From: Candidatus Dormiibacterota bacterium
GTDB taxonomy: Bacteria > Chloroflexota > Dormibacteria > Aeolococcales > Bog-877
Assembly: GCA_027306655.1 (NCBI GenBank)
Contig: DAHUZL010000031.1
Coordinates: 830-64,829 of the forward strand
Reading direction: 5' to 3'
Length of the DNA: 64,000 bases
Below are positions 9,839 through 20,103 of this stretch, one piece after another. Every line of letters starts with the position of its first letter. The stretch's first letter is position 1. The notes below the pieces were generated by a model. That model was not told the DNA's origin and made no database searches. It was given only the letters and a program-made list of their open reading frames with translations. Position numbers and translations under genes: made by a program.

Positions 9839-11743
9839 ATGTCCCTGCTCGTCTGTTCCGAGGTCGGGATCGCCTTCGGGGCGACGACCGTTCTCACCGG
9901 TCTCGACCTGCGCCTGGAGGCGGATGACCGGCTCGCCCTGGTGGGCGCCAACGGCGCCGGCAAGTCGAGCGTGCTCGACTGTCTCGCCGGGGCGGCCGAG
10001 CCGGCATTGGGGTCGATCGAGCGCCAGCGGCGGCTCCGCATCGCCTACCTCCCCCAGGAGGCTCCCGCCCCGGTCGCCGACACGGTGCTGGCGGAGGCGA
10101 TGGCGAGCCGGACCGACCTCTCCGCCCTGCGCCTGGAGATGACCCGGCTGGAGGAGCGGCTCCGCACCCCCGGACCGGACGCCGACCGGGCCCTGAACCG
10201 GTACGGGGAGGCGCAGGCCGCCTACGAGGGGCTGGGCGGCTACGACCTGGAGGCGCGGGCCCGGGCGGTGCTCCACGGCCTCGGGCTCACCGAGGCGGAG
10301 CAGGGTCGGCCGCCGCGGCAGCTCAGCGTGGGCCAGGTGCGGCGCCTGGAGATGGCCAAGCTGCTGCTCCAGGACGCCGACCTGCTCCTCCTCGACGAGC
10401 CCACCAACCATCTCGACCTGGAGGCGATCGAGTGGCTGGAGGGCTTCCTCGCGGGGACCCGGGAGGCGCTCTGCATCGCGTCCCACGACCGCCGCTTCCT
10501 CGACCGCGTCTGCAATCGGGTGCTCGAGATCGAGGCCGGGCGACCGCACGTCTACGAGGGCGACTACACCGCGTACCTTCGCCAGCGGGAGGAGCGGCGG
10601 GCGCGCTGGCTCAAGGAGTGGGAGGCGCAGCAGGCTCACATCGCCCACCAGGAGGAGTTTATCCGCCGCTACCGGGCGGGCCAGCGGGCGCGTGAGGCAC
10701 GCGGGCGCCAGACCAAGCTGGACCGGCTGGAGCGGGTGCTGGAGCCACCCACCCCGGAGCGGATGCGGATCCAGCTGCAGGCAGCCCCCAGCGCGCGGGT
10801 GGTGCTGCGCGCCGAGGGGCTGGTCGCTGGCCGGGGGGACCGACCGCTGGTCCGGGTCCCCGACTGGCTGGTCAGCCGCGGCGAGCGGCTGGCGGTGATC
10901 GGGCCCAACGGCGCCGGCAAGACGACCCTGCTTCACACCCTGGTGGGGCTGCTGCCGCCCGTGGCGGGGGCGATCCACCTCGGCGCCCGGGCCCGCCTGC
11001 GGGTGTATCGCCAGGACCTGGCCGACCTCGACCCCGACCGTACGGTCCTGGAGTCGGTGCTCCAGGAGCACCCCGAGGTGGGCCCGGAGCGGGCCCGGAC
11101 CGCGCTCGGCGCCTTCCTCTTCACCGGCGACGAGGTCCACCAGACGGTGGGCAGCCTGTCGGGCGGCGAGCGCGCCCGGGTGGCACTGGCGCGGCTGGCC
11201 CTGGACGATGCCAACTGCCTGGTGCTGGACGAGCCCACCAACCACCTCGACATCCCCACCATGGAGGTGCTGGAGACGGCGCTCCAGCGCTTCGAGGGCG
11301 CCTGCATCCTGGTCTCCCACGACCGCTTCTTCGTGGACGCGGTGGCCACCCAGACCTGGACCATCGCCGAGGGGGAGCTGCGCCCGCCGCGGGTCGCCCG
11401 CGCGGCGCCGGTGGGGAGCCGCCCGGGCTCGGCTCCGGCTCGGCCCGCGAGTCCCCCTCCCCCTCGGGCGACGGCCCCGGATGCGGGACCGGCGCCACCC
11501 GGCGGCGGACGCCGTGGCCGGCAGGCGGCGGCCCGGGAGCGCCGGGCGGCGGGGGCGCTGGAGGGACGGATCGGGGCTGCCGAGACGGTGCTGCGCGAGC
11601 TGGAGGCCCAGCTCGCCGACCCCGCCACCTACCGGGACCACGCGCGGGCCGCCGAGCTCAGCCGCCGCCACGGAGCGCTGCGGGAGGACCTCGACGGCCT
11701 CTACGCGGCGTGGTCCTCCGGGGAGGACGGCGCCGCCGGGTGA
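9839..11743 (+). CDS. ABC-F family ATPase (Uup-like): two ABC domains plus a C-terminal coiled-coil domain
   Basis: Two Walker A motifs ([18 protein letters not shown]), two LSGG signatures, and an inter-domain linker. The C-terminal ~90 aa is Arg/Ala-rich coiled coil, typical of Uup. Divergent from uvrB. Confidence 0.85.
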   Translation: MSLLVCSEVGIAFGATTVLTGLDLRLEADDRLALVGANGAGKSSVLDCLAGAAEPALGSIERQRRLRIAYLPQEAPAPVADTVLAEAMASRTDLSALRLEMTRLEERLRTPGPDADRALNRYGEAQAAYEGLGGYDLEARARAVLHGLGLTEAEQGRPPRQLSVGQVRRLEMAKLLLQDADLLLLDEPTNHLDLEAIEWLEGFLAGTREALCIASHDRRFLDRVCNRVLEIEAGRPHVYEGDYTAYLRQREERRARWLKEWEAQQAHIAHQEEFIRRYRAGQRAREARGRQTKLDRLERVLEPPTPERMRIQLQAAPSARVVLRAEGLVAGRGDRPLVRVPDWLVSRGERLAVIGPNGAGKTTLLHTLVGLLPPVAGAIHLGARARLRVYRQDLADLDPDRTVLESVLQEHPEVGPERARTALGAFLFTGDEVHQTVGSLSGGERARVALARLALDDANCLVLDEPTNHLDIPTMEVLETALQRFEGACILVSHDRFFVDAVATQTWTIAEGELRPPRVARAAPVGSRPGSAPARPASPPPPRATAPDAGPAPPGGGRRGRQAAARERRAAGALEGRIGAAETVLRELEAQLADPATYRDHARAAELSRRHGALREDLDGLYAAWSSGEDGAAG

Positions 11744-11780
11744 CCCGGCCCGGGGCCGGCCGGTGCGAGGGCCCCTCCGT

Positions 11781-12905
11781 TCACCCCCGCTCCGCCACCC
11801 GCCGGTAGACCTGGGCGGTGGCCCGGGCCGCGTCGGGCCATCCGTGGTGGGCGAGCACGTGGGCGCGACCAAGGGCGGCGGCGGCGACGCGCCGGGTGGG
11901 GTCGTCGAGGAGCCGGCGGACCGCGTCGGCGAGGTCCCGAGGCTGGTCCGGCGGCACCAGCACCACCCCGGCCCGGGCGAGGTCGCGAAGGCCCGGGACA
12001 TCGTGGGCGACCACCCCGGTCTCGGAGGCGAGCGCCTCCAGCGCCACCAGGCCGAGGCCCTCGTACGCGGACGGCATGACGCACAGCGTGGCGCGCCGCT
12101 GCTGGGCCGCCAGCGCCTCATCGCCGAGGCGGCCGGTGACCGCGACCCGTCCCGGCCAGCGCCCGGCGAGCGCGGTAGCCAGGGGCCGCTCCGGACCGTC
12201 CCCGCACACCACGGCGGTGAGGTCGGGGCGCTCGGCGGCGAGCGCGTCCACCAGCCCGCAGAACCGGGCCAGCCCCTTCACGGGTTCCAGCCGTCCACAG
12301 AAGAGGAGGGTCGCGGGGTCGCGCGGCGGGTCGCCGGGACCGGGGGGCCGGAAGCGGGCCGTGTCGATCCCGGGGGCCAGCACCGACACCCGCTCCGGCC
12401 GCACGCCGTGGTCGGTCACCACCGCCAGGGCGGTTGACGGGGAGATCGCGAGGACATGGGCCGCGGCGCGGTAGCCCCGTCCCTCCAGGGCGGCCAGGGG
12501 ACGGGTCACCCATCGCGACCCGTGCGCCTGGCGGTAGGTGTGGTTGGCCGTGTAGACGAGGGGGGCCCCCGGTGGCCGTCGCGGCAGGAGCACCCCACCC
12601 GGGCCACCCTGCGCGTGCCAGACGTCGGGACGGGTTCGTCGCTGCAGCTCCGCCATGCGGCGGGCCAGCCAGACCGAGAAGTCGAGGGCGGGACGACCGG
12701 TCGGACCGTGCCGGGCCCGGCCCAGCCCGGCCGGGGCGCGACGGCTGCTGCAGACGGTGACGGCGATCCCGGCGCCCGGGAGATGGCGGGCCAGGCCCGC
12801 GACCGCGACCCCCTGGCCGCCCCGGGCGGGGTGCCCGTCGGTGCCGTCGTCGAAGGAGAGGAGCGTCGCGGCCAGGGGCCGAGACCCGGCGTCGATCCCG
12901 CTCAT
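11781..12905 (-). CDS. Glycosyltransferase family 4 (GT-B fold, RfaB-like)
   Basis: The C-terminal half carries the GT4 EX7E-like region ([25 protein letters not shown]). Start trimmed to the ATG at 12905, which overlaps the mutM stop (ATGA). Confidence 0.7.
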   Translation of the reverse strand: MSGIDAGSRPLAATLLSFDDGTDGHPARGGQGVAVAGLARHLPGAGIAVTVCSSRRAPAGLGRARHGPTGRPALDFSVWLARRMAELQRRTRPDVWHAQGGPGGVLLPRRPPGAPLVYTANHTYRQAHGSRWVTRPLAALEGRGYRAAAHVLAISPSTALAVVTDHGVRPERVSVLAPGIDTARFRPPGPGDPPRDPATLLFCGRLEPVKGLARFCGLVDALAAERPDLTAVVCGDGPERPLATALAGRWPGRVAVTGRLGDEALAAQQRRATLCVMPSAYEGLGLVALEALASETGVVAHDVPGLRDLARAGVVLVPPDQPRDLADAVRRLLDDPTRRVAAAALGRAHVLAHHGWPDAARATAQVYRRVAERG

Positions 12906-13741
12906 CGCTGGCAGCCGGGGCAGAAGACGGTCGTCCGCCCGGCCACCACCGACCGCCGCAGGCGCCCCCCGCAGCGCACGCAGGGCAGGCCGGCCCGGCC
13001 ATAGACGAAGAGGGCCTCGTGGGCCTCGCCCCGAGCGCCGAAGCCGTCCCGGTAGGAGGCGATCGAGCTTCCCCGGCCGGCGATCGCCGCGCGGAGAACG
13101 ATCGGGAGGGCTCGGTGCAGGGCGCGGCGCTCGGCCAGGCGGCACCGGTGGGCGCGCCGCTGGGGCCGGACCCTCGCCAGGAAGCAGGCCTCGTCGGCGT
13201 AGATGTTGCCGCACCCGGCGACGACCGCCTGGTCGAGCAGCACCGCCTTCAGCGAGCGCCGGCTGCGGCCCAGGGTGGCGCACCACCACTCGGCGGTGAA
13301 GTCGGGCCCCAGCGGCTCACGGCCGAGGCGGGGGATCCGCCCCGATCGCTCCAGCTCACCCGGGGTGCCCAGAAGGAGCCGGCCGAAGCGGCGGGGGTCG
13401 ACGAACCGAAGCTCCCCGCCGCTCTGAAGGCGCAGGCCGAGGTGGAGGTGGCGGGGATCGGGCTCGCCGGCCCCGGTGAGGCAGAGCGTGCCGCTCATCC
13501 CGAGGTGGATCACCAGGGCGGAGCCCCCCGGCAGCGCGGGGCCGTCCACGCCGAGGAGCATGAACTTGCCCCGCCGGCGGAGCCTGCCCAGCCGCGCCTC
13601 CTGCAGCCCGGTGGCGAACCCGATCGGGTCGGGGTGGCGGATGACCCCGGGGTGGCCGAGCCTGACCGCGATCACGCGGTCTCCCCGGAGGCGGGGGCGG
13701 AGGTCGCGGACGATGGTCTCGACCTCGGGGAGCTCAGGCAC
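12902..13741 (-). CDS. mutM: Formamidopyrimidine-DNA glycosylase (Fpg/MutM)
   Basis: N-terminal PELPEVETI (catalytic Pro2 after the GTG start), H2TH region, and a C-terminal zinc finger CVRCGG...CPGCQ. The GTG start at 13741 overlaps the polA 3' end by 8 nt. Confidence 0.85.
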   Translation of the reverse strand: MPELPEVETIVRDLRPRLRGDRVIAVRLGHPGVIRHPDPIGFATGLQEARLGRLRRRGKFMLLGVDGPALPGGSALVIHLGMSGTLCLTGAGEPDPRHLHLGLRLQSGGELRFVDPRRFGRLLLGTPGELERSGRIPRLGREPLGPDFTAEWWCATLGRSRRSLKAVLLDQAVVAGCGNIYADEACFLARVRPQRRAHRCRLAERRALHRALPIVLRAAIAGRGSSIASYRDGFGARGEAHEALFVYGRAGLPCVRCGGRLRRSVVAGRTTVFCPGCQR

Positions 13742-16541
13742 CGGGGTGGGGTCGGTCCTCCCGCAGCGGGGCGAGGTCCGCCCAGTTGGGCCCCGCCTTG
13801 CAGTCGACCACCAGGGGCACCCGGAGCTCGGCGGCGCCGCCCATCGCGTCGCGGGCCAGCGCGGCGACCGCCGGCAGCTCGTCGCGGGGCGCCTCGAAGA
13901 CCAGCTCGTCATGCACCTGCAGGATCAGGCGCGCGCGCAGGCCGCTGCGGTCGAGCCGGGCCTGGGCCCGCAGCATCCCCTCCTTCATGATGTCGGCGGC
14001 CGACCCCTGGGTGGGCATGTTGACCGCCATCCGCTCGCTCGCCTCGCGCAGCGGTCGGCTCCCGGCCCGGAGGTCGGGGAGGGTGCGGCGGCGGCCGAGG
14101 ATGGTGGTCACGTAGCCCTGCTCGTGGGCCTCGACCCGGACCCGGGCGAGGTAGGCGCGAACGCCGGCGAAGGTCTCGAAGTAGCGCTGGATGAAGGCCT
14201 CGGCGGCGGCGGCGGGGATGCCCAGGTCGCGGGAGAGCCCATAGGTGGAGAGCCCGTAGAGGATCCCGAAGTTGACGACCTTCGCCATCCGGCGCTGCTC
14301 CGCGATGACCGCGTCGGGCGCGACCCCGAAGACGCTGGCCGCGGTCTCGGCGTGGACGTCGGCGCCGCGGGCGAAGGCCGCCAGCAGGGCCGGGTCCTCG
14401 CTCAGGTGGGCGAGCACCCTGAGCTCGATCTGGGAGTAGTCCGCCGAGAGCAGCTGCCACCCGGGATCGGCGGGCAGGAAGGCCGCCCGGATGCGCCGGC
14501 CCGCCTCGGTCCGCACCGGGATGTTCTGCAGGTTGGGGTCGCTCGACGACAGCCGCCCGGTGGCGGCGACCGCCTGGTTGAAGCTGGTGTGGACGCGCCC
14601 GTCGCGCCCGTCCACCAGCTCCGGCAGCTGGTCCACGTACGTGTTCTTCAGCTTGGTCAGCTGACGCCACTCCAGCACCTGGGACACGATCGGGTGCTCG
14701 CTCCGGAGCGCCTCCAGCGCGGGGGCGTCGGTGGAGCGGCCGGTCTTGGTCCGGCGCGAGCTGGCCAGCTGGAGGTCGTCGTACAGCACCGTCGCCAGCT
14801 GCTGCGGGGAGCCGATCAGGAACGGCCGGCCCGCCAGCCGGTGGACCGCGGCCTCCAGGTCGGCGATCTGGCCCTGCAGCTCCTGGCCGAGCTGGCGCAG
14901 CGGGGTGGGGTCGACCCGGACCCCGAGCGCCTCCATCGCCCCCAGGACCGGGACCAGGGGCACCTCGAGCCGGTGCAGCAGCGCTCGGCCGGCGACCTGG
15001 TCGAGGGCCCGCTCCAGGCCGGGACGGACCGCACAGGCGGCGGCGGCGAGGGTGGCGTGGAGGCGGGCGAGGTCGTCCGGGCTGAGGTCGTCGCCGCCGG
15101 GGCGGCGCCTCCCGGGGGACGCCCCGGTGCCGTCGTCCGGAACCTCCAGGCGCGCGTACTCCCGGGCGAGGGTTCGCAGCGGCGGGGTCCGGCTCTTTGA
15201 GTCCGCCAGGTAGGAGGCCAGGACGCAATCGAAGTCGAGGCCACCGAGACGGGTGCCCTGGGCGTCCCAGGCGAGCCAGTCGGGCTTGAGGTGGTAGCCC
15301 GAGACCGCCACCCTGGGGTCGGCGAGCAGCTGGCGCAGCGGCTGGCTGGCGCGTGCGTCGAGATGGCGCCCCTCGGCGCCGCCGGACGGAGTGAGCGGGC
15401 AGAACCAGGCGGTGCGGGCGTCGGTGGCGAGGGCGGCGGCCACGATCTGGCCGTGGCGGGGCGGTCCCACCACCACGGTCCGCAGCGCCGCGCCGCCCGC
15501 TCGCCGCACCGCGGCGAGCATCCGCTCCAGCCCCAGGGCGTCCTCGACGATCTCCGGCTGGACGTCGGCGCTCTCGACCACGACCGCGCTCGCGGCGTCC
15601 GACCGGCCGGACGTGGGCGCCTCCGACTCGCCGGTCGGGAGCGCGGCGGCGCCGAGCCGCCGCGCCAGGCTGGGCATGTCCAGCTCCCGGAGCACCCGCT
15701 GGGCCGCCCCCAGGTCCGCGTCGGCGAGCCGGCTGCCGTCGAGGTCGAGGGTCACCCCCGGCACGTCCCGGACGAGGGTGACCAGCCGGAGGCCGAGCCG
15801 GGCCTGCTCGGCATGGGCTTCGAGACCGGTGCGGACTCGCCCCGGCCGCAGGGCGGACGCGGCGGCCAGGATGGACTCGAGGTCGCCGTACCGCTGCACC
15901 AGCTCGGCGGCCGTCTTCTCCCCGATCCCGGGGACGCCCGGGATGTTGTCGCTGGGGTCGCCGCGGAGCGCCTTGTAGTCGATGATGCGGGCGGGCTCGA
16001 AGCCGAAGCGCTCGCGCACCCGCTCCCGGTCGTAGATGAAGGGCTCGCTGACGCCCCTCCGGCTCGCCTGGACGACCGTGTGATCGGTGACCAGCTGGAC
16101 CAGGTCGAGGTCGGCGGTGAGGATGACCGTATCGCAGCCCTCCGCCTCCGCCTGGAGGCTCAGGGTGCCGATGACGTCGTCGGCCTCGAACCCCGGTACC
16201 ACCACCACCGGGATGTGGAGCGCCGCCAGGACCCGCTCGCAGAGCGGGATCTGGCGATGGAACTCCTCCGGGGTGGGGGCTCGCTGCGCCTTGTAGGTCG
16301 CCAGCATCTCGTCCCGGAACGTGGCGCCGGGCGGATCGAAGGCGGCGACCGCGTGGTCGAGGCCCTGGGTGAGCCCGAGCAGCAGCATCGAAGTGAATCC
16401 GTAGACGGCATTGATCAGCTCACCCCTGCGGTTGCTGAGCGCGGGGAGGGCATAGTAGGCGCGGAACGCGAGCGCGTGCCCGTCGATCAGGAGCAGCCGC
16501 GGCGGCGCCGCCGGCGCGGACGGGGACGACATGGCCGGCAT
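13734..16541 (-). CDS. polA: DNA polymerase I
   Basis: 5'-3' exonuclease N-terminus (LLLIDGHALAFRAYYA) and Klenow-like polymerase motifs (RRRTKTGRSTD, DYSQIELR, QVHDELVFE). Start trimmed to the ATG at 16541. Confidence 0.9.
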   Translation of the reverse strand: MPAMSSPSAPAAPPRLLLIDGHALAFRAYYALPALSNRRGELINAVYGFTSMLLLGLTQGLDHAVAAFDPPGATFRDEMLATYKAQRAPTPEEFHRQIPLCERVLAALHIPVVVVPGFEADDVIGTLSLQAEAEGCDTVILTADLDLVQLVTDHTVVQASRRGVSEPFIYDRERVRERFGFEPARIIDYKALRGDPSDNIPGVPGIGEKTAAELVQRYGDLESILAAASALRPGRVRTGLEAHAEQARLGLRLVTLVRDVPGVTLDLDGSRLADADLGAAQRVLRELDMPSLARRLGAAALPTGESEAPTSGRSDAASAVVVESADVQPEIVEDALGLERMLAAVRRAGGAALRTVVVGPPRHGQIVAAALATDARTAWFCPLTPSGGAEGRHLDARASQPLRQLLADPRVAVSGYHLKPDWLAWDAQGTRLGGLDFDCVLASYLADSKSRTPPLRTLAREYARLEVPDDGTGASPGRRRPGGDDLSPDDLARLHATLAAAACAVRPGLERALDQVAGRALLHRLEVPLVPVLGAMEALGVRVDPTPLRQLGQELQGQIADLEAAVHRLAGRPFLIGSPQQLATVLYDDLQLASSRRTKTGRSTDAPALEALRSEHPIVSQVLEWRQLTKLKNTYVDQLPELVDGRDGRVHTSFNQAVAATGRLSSSDPNLQNIPVRTEAGRRIRAAFLPADPGWQLLSADYSQIELRVLAHLSEDPALLAAFARGADVHAETAASVFGVAPDAVIAEQRRMAKVVNFGILYGLSTYGLSRDLGIPAAAAEAFIQRYFETFAGVRAYLARVRVEAHEQGYVTTILGRRRTLPDLRAGSRPLREASERMAVNMPTQGSAADIMKEGMLRAQARLDRSGLRARLILQVHDELVFEAPRDELPAVAALARDAMGGAAELRVPLVVDCKAGPNWADLAPLREDRPHPGA

Positions 16542-16695
16542 TATCCGGCGGGCCCCGACAGCGGGGCTCCGGGGAGGGCGGCTCCGGGGAGGCGCCGCTA
16601 TCATGGACGCCGACGTCGCGGTCTGCCGGGGAGATCCCGGGGCGAGGGTGGCAGGGCTCCCGCCCTCAGCACCCCGCCCCGGCTCTGGGAGTGGT

Positions 16696-17196
16696 GTGAG
16701 CACCGTAGACCTGGTCGAGGTGGCGGTGGACAGCATCCGGGTGCACATGCCGACGGGTCAGCACGTCGTGATCCTGAAGGAGCGGGAGGCCGAGCGCTTC
16801 CTGCCGATCTGGATCGGAGTCGCCGAGGCCAATGCCATCGCCATCAAGATCACCGGCATCGTCCCCGACCGACCGATCACCCACGACCTGGTGGTGAGCC
16901 TGTTCGAGCAGCTGCGCGTGGAGGTGAGCCGGATCGTCGTCACCTCGCTCGACAACGACGTCTACTTCGCCCGGATCGTGGGGCGGGTCGAGGGGCGCAC
17001 GCTCGACCTCGACGCCCGCCCCAGCGATGCGATCGCGCTGGCCGTCCGCCTGGGCTCCCCCATCTACGTGGCCCGCGAGGTGCTGGAGAAGGCGGCGGTG
17101 CTGCCCGAGGGCGAGGCTGAGCAGGAGCGGCTGCGGGTGTTCCAGGAGATGGTGAACAGCATGGACCTGCCCGACCTGGACGAGCCCCACCCGTAG
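16696..17196 (+). CDS. Bifunctional nuclease family protein (DUF151/BFN)
   Basis: VDLVEVAVDSIRV...HVVILKEREAERFLPIWIGVAEANAIA...RPSDAIALAVRLGSPIYV matches the BFN fold pattern. I prefer the GTG start at 16696 (aligns with mycobacterial BFN N-termini) over the upstream in-frame ATGs at 16531/16603, which add only a low-complexity Arg/Gly-rich extension. Confidence 0.6.
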   Translation: MSTVDLVEVAVDSIRVHMPTGQHVVILKEREAERFLPIWIGVAEANAIAIKITGIVPDRPITHDLVVSLFEQLRVEVSRIVVTSLDNDVYFARIVGRVEGRTLDLDARPSDAIALAVRLGSPIYVAREVLEKAAVLPEGEAEQERLRVFQEMVNSMDLPDLDEPHP

Positions 17197-17245
17197 GTCG
17201 GGTCCGGCCCTGCTCGGCGGCCGGACCGATGTCCGGCCCGATTCG

Positions 17246-17331
17246 GCCAGCATGGCGGAATGGCAGACGCGGCGGTCTCAAAAACCGTTGTCCGCAAGGA
17301 CGTCCGGGTTCGACCCCCGGTGCTGGCACCA
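17246..17331 (+). tRNA. tRNA-Leu (anticodon CAA), class II with a long variable arm and encoded CCA
   Basis: Manual fold: acceptor stem GCCAGCA/UGCUGGC; D arm GCGG-AAUGGCAGA-CGC; anticodon stem GCGGU/ACCGU with loop CUCAAAA; variable arm UGUCCGCAAGGACGU; T arm CCGGG-UUCGACC-CCCGG; ACCA tail. Structure is co-linear with E. coli tRNA-Leu. Confidence 0.85.
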
Positions 17332-17584
17332 CCGCGAGACGTCGCGGACCGCGGCGTCCCGCTGCCCGTCGCCGAGGCGGCCGGCAGCGCGGAGGGGGTG
17401 GCGCGTTCGGAGCCGCGAGATCGAGCCGATTGGGACGCCCAGTCCAAGGGTGCTCCGGGCCCATCGATCCTCGGGAGCGCCGGGCGGAGCGGATTGGATT
17501 AGGCCATGAGGTCCAACCACTGGGCCCGACATTCCTACGGCCGGGCGGATCACTTTCGGCTCCACCGCCGCCCAGACTGGTGGG

Positions 17585-18877
17585 GTGGCCACCGCGGACG
17601 CACGCCCGGTCGCCGTCACCGGGCTGGGGTTCGTCACCCCGATCGGCAACGACACCGAGACCGTCTGGGCCAACCTGGTCGCCGGCCGATCGGGCGTCGG
17701 CCCGATCACGCTCTTCGACGCGGCCGACCTTCCCACCCGGATCGCGGCGCAGGTGCGCGACTTCGAGCCGGAGCGGTTCATGGATCGCAAGGCGGCGCGA
17801 CACCTGGCCCGCTACTGCCAGTACGGCCTGGCGGCGGCGCGGATGGCGCTCGACGACGCCGGCGTCGATCCCGCCCGGCTCGACCCGGACGCGGTCGGGG
17901 TGGTGCTGAGCTCGGGCGCGGGCGGGATCGAGGAGATCGAGCGCAATCAGACGACGCTGCTGGCCCGGGGCCCGCGCCGGATCAGCCCCTTCGCGGTGCC
18001 AATGATGATCGCGGACATGGCGGCCGGCATCGTCGCCATGCACGTCGGGGCCGGCGGTCCCAACTATGCCGTGGTCAGCGCCTGTGCCTCCAGCGCCCAC
18101 GGGATCGGAGAGGCGGCGGAGATCGTCCGCCGGGGCGACGCCGAGGTGATGCTGGCGGGCGGCTCGGAGGCCGCCATCACCCCCCTCATGCTGGGCGCCT
18201 TCTGCCAGATCCAGGCGGTCAGCACCCGCAACGATGCCCCTGAGCGGGCCTGCCGGCCGTTCGACCAGGCCCGCGACGGCTTCGTCATGGGCGAGGGAGC
18301 GGTGATGATGGTGTTGGAGGACGGGGAGCGGGCGCGCCGCCGCGGGGCGCGCGTCCTGGCCGAGATCGGCGGCTACGCCGCCAGCGCCGACATGTACCAC
18401 TACACCGCCCCCGACCCCGACGGCCGCGGTGCTACCCGGGCGATGCGCCGGGCGATCGCCAAGGCCGGGCTGGCGCCCGACCGGGTCGACTACATCAACG
18501 CCCACGGGACCTCGACCCGTCTCGGGGACATCGCCGAGACCACCGCCATCAAGGCGGTCTTCGGCGACCACTCGCACCGGCTCGCGGTCAGCTCCACCAA
18601 GTCGATGGTGGGGCACCTGCTCGGAGCCGCCGGCGCCTTCGAGGCGGCGGTGTGCGTGCTCGCGATCGACCGGGGCGTGCTGCCGCCGACGATCAACCTC
18701 GACGACCCCGACCCCGCCTGCGACCTTGACTACGTCCCCAACCGAGCCCGCCCGGCTCGGATCGACGTCGCCCTCTCCAACTCGTTCGGGTTTGGAGGCC
18801 ACAACGCCTGCCTGGTCGTGCAGCGACCGGGTCGGAACGGAGTCGGACCCCCCGCCGGGGACACGAGGATCACCTGA
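17585..18877 (+). CDS. fabF: 3-oxoacyl-ACP synthase II (KAS II)
   Basis: Thiolase-fold KAS with active-site region AVVSACASSAHGIG (Cys), His residues in YINAHGTSTRLGD and KSMVGHLLGAAG, and a C-terminal NSFGFGGHN. GTG start. Confidence 0.9.
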   Translation: MATADARPVAVTGLGFVTPIGNDTETVWANLVAGRSGVGPITLFDAADLPTRIAAQVRDFEPERFMDRKAARHLARYCQYGLAAARMALDDAGVDPARLDPDAVGVVLSSGAGGIEEIERNQTTLLARGPRRISPFAVPMMIADMAAGIVAMHVGAGGPNYAVVSACASSAHGIGEAAEIVRRGDAEVMLAGGSEAAITPLMLGAFCQIQAVSTRNDAPERACRPFDQARDGFVMGEGAVMMVLEDGERARRRGARVLAEIGGYAASADMYHYTAPDPDGRGATRAMRRAIAKAGLAPDRVDYINAHGTSTRLGDIAETTAIKAVFGDHSHRLAVSSTKSMVGHLLGAAGAFEAAVCVLAIDRGVLPPTINLDDPDPACDLDYVPNRARPARIDVALSNSFGFGGHNACLVVQRPGRNGVGPPAGDTRIT

Positions 18878-19152
18878 TGACCGACGCACTCGATTTTAGA
18901 GAGCTCCAGACGCTGGCGGCCGAGGTGCTGGGGATCGACCCGGAGCGGGTCCAGCTGCCGCTCAGCTTTGCCCGCGACCTCGCCGCCGACTCGCTCGACA
19001 TCGTCGAGCTGATGATGGCGGTGGAGGACCGCTACCAGGTCGCCCTGCCGGAGGACGAGCTCCAGCGGATGACCAGCGTGGGCGATCTCTGGGACTATCT
19101 CCTCGCCCACCACGGGGACCGAGCGGCGGGACAGGACGCGGCCACCGCGTGA
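18877..19152 (+). CDS. acpP: Acyl carrier protein
   Basis: 91 aa with the phosphopantetheine-attachment motif LAADSLDIVEL. Its start overlaps the fabF stop by 1 nt. Confidence 0.9.
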   Translation: MTDALDFRELQTLAAEVLGIDPERVQLPLSFARDLAADSLDIVELMMAVEDRYQVALPEDELQRMTSVGDLWDYLLAHHGDRAAGQDAATA

Positions 19153-20090
19153 TCAATCTCGAGGCCCCGGTGGCGCTCGTCTTCCCCGGCCAGGGCGTGC
19201 AGCGCTGCGGCATGGGGGAGCGTCTGCACCAGCTCCACCCGACCGCCCGCCGCGTGTTCGAGCGGGCGGAGACGGTCTGCGGCCTGCCCCTGCGCCGCCT
19301 CTGCTTCGAGGGGCCGGAGGCGGAGCTGAATCGGACCGAGGCCCTCCAACCGGCGGTGTTCACCGTCTCCTGGGCCGCCTACGAGGTGTACCGGGAGCAG
19401 CACGACCTCGCCGACGTGCGACTGCTGGCGGGACACAGCCTGGGCGAGATCGCCGCCATCAGCGCGGCCGGGGCGATCGGGTGGGAGGAGGGGCTGACCC
19501 TGGTCCAGGAGCGGGGCCGGCTGATGGCCGAGGCCGCCCGCAAACGCCCGGGCGGGATGCTGGCGATCGTGGGCCTGCCCGCCACCACTGTCCGTCGCAT
19601 CCGCACCGAGGCCTCCACCGAGGGGGGACTGTGGATCGCCAATCACAACGCCGACGTCCAGTTCGTGCTCAGCGGCGAGCATCCGGCGCTGGCGGCGGCG
19701 CAGGCGCTGGCGCTGGCGGCCGGGGCGCGGCGCGCGATCCTGCTCACCATCCCGCTGCCCGCGCACTCCCCGCTGATGGCCACCGCCTCACGCGCATTCC
19801 GGCGGCTGGTGGACCACCTCCCGGTGGGCGTTCCGCGGATCCCCGTCCTCACCAACCAGGCCGGGCGGGCGGTCGACACCGCAGAGGGGCTGCGCCAGGA
19901 GCTGAGCCGCCAGCTGCTCCGCCCGGTGGAGTGGGCCAAGACCATGGTGGGCCTGCAGCGCGGCGCCATCCGGACGGTGGTGGAGCTGGGGCCGGGCCGC
20001 GTCCTGGCCAGCCTCGCGGCCAAGCACATGCCCGGGGTGGATACCTGGAACGCGGACGAGCTCTTCGTCGACGGCCAGACCGCGGCCTGA
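19149..20090 (+). CDS. fabD: Malonyl CoA-ACP transacylase
   Basis: GHSLGE active-site motif and the FPGQG N-terminal motif. The GTG start overlaps the acpP stop. Confidence 0.9.
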   Translation: MINLEAPVALVFPGQGVQRCGMGERLHQLHPTARRVFERAETVCGLPLRRLCFEGPEAELNRTEALQPAVFTVSWAAYEVYREQHDLADVRLLAGHSLGEIAAISAAGAIGWEEGLTLVQERGRLMAEAARKRPGGMLAIVGLPATTVRRIRTEASTEGGLWIANHNADVQFVLSGEHPALAAAQALALAAGARRAILLTIPLPAHSPLMATASRAFRRLVDHLPVGVPRIPVLTNQAGRAVDTAEGLRQELSRQLLRPVEWAKTMVGLQRGAIRTVVELGPGRVLASLAAKHMPGVDTWNADELFVDGQTAA

Positions 20091-20103
20091 TCGGGCGCAG
20101 GCG

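Noticed and set aside
17246-17584. tRNA-Leu as an integration site for a mobile element (looked for a duplicated tRNA 3' end or an integrase)
   Set aside because: No integrase-like ORF or obvious direct repeat of the tRNA 3' end was seen in the ~20 kb downstream. The accessory island is elsewhere (between gatC and ligA) and is not tRNA-flanked.
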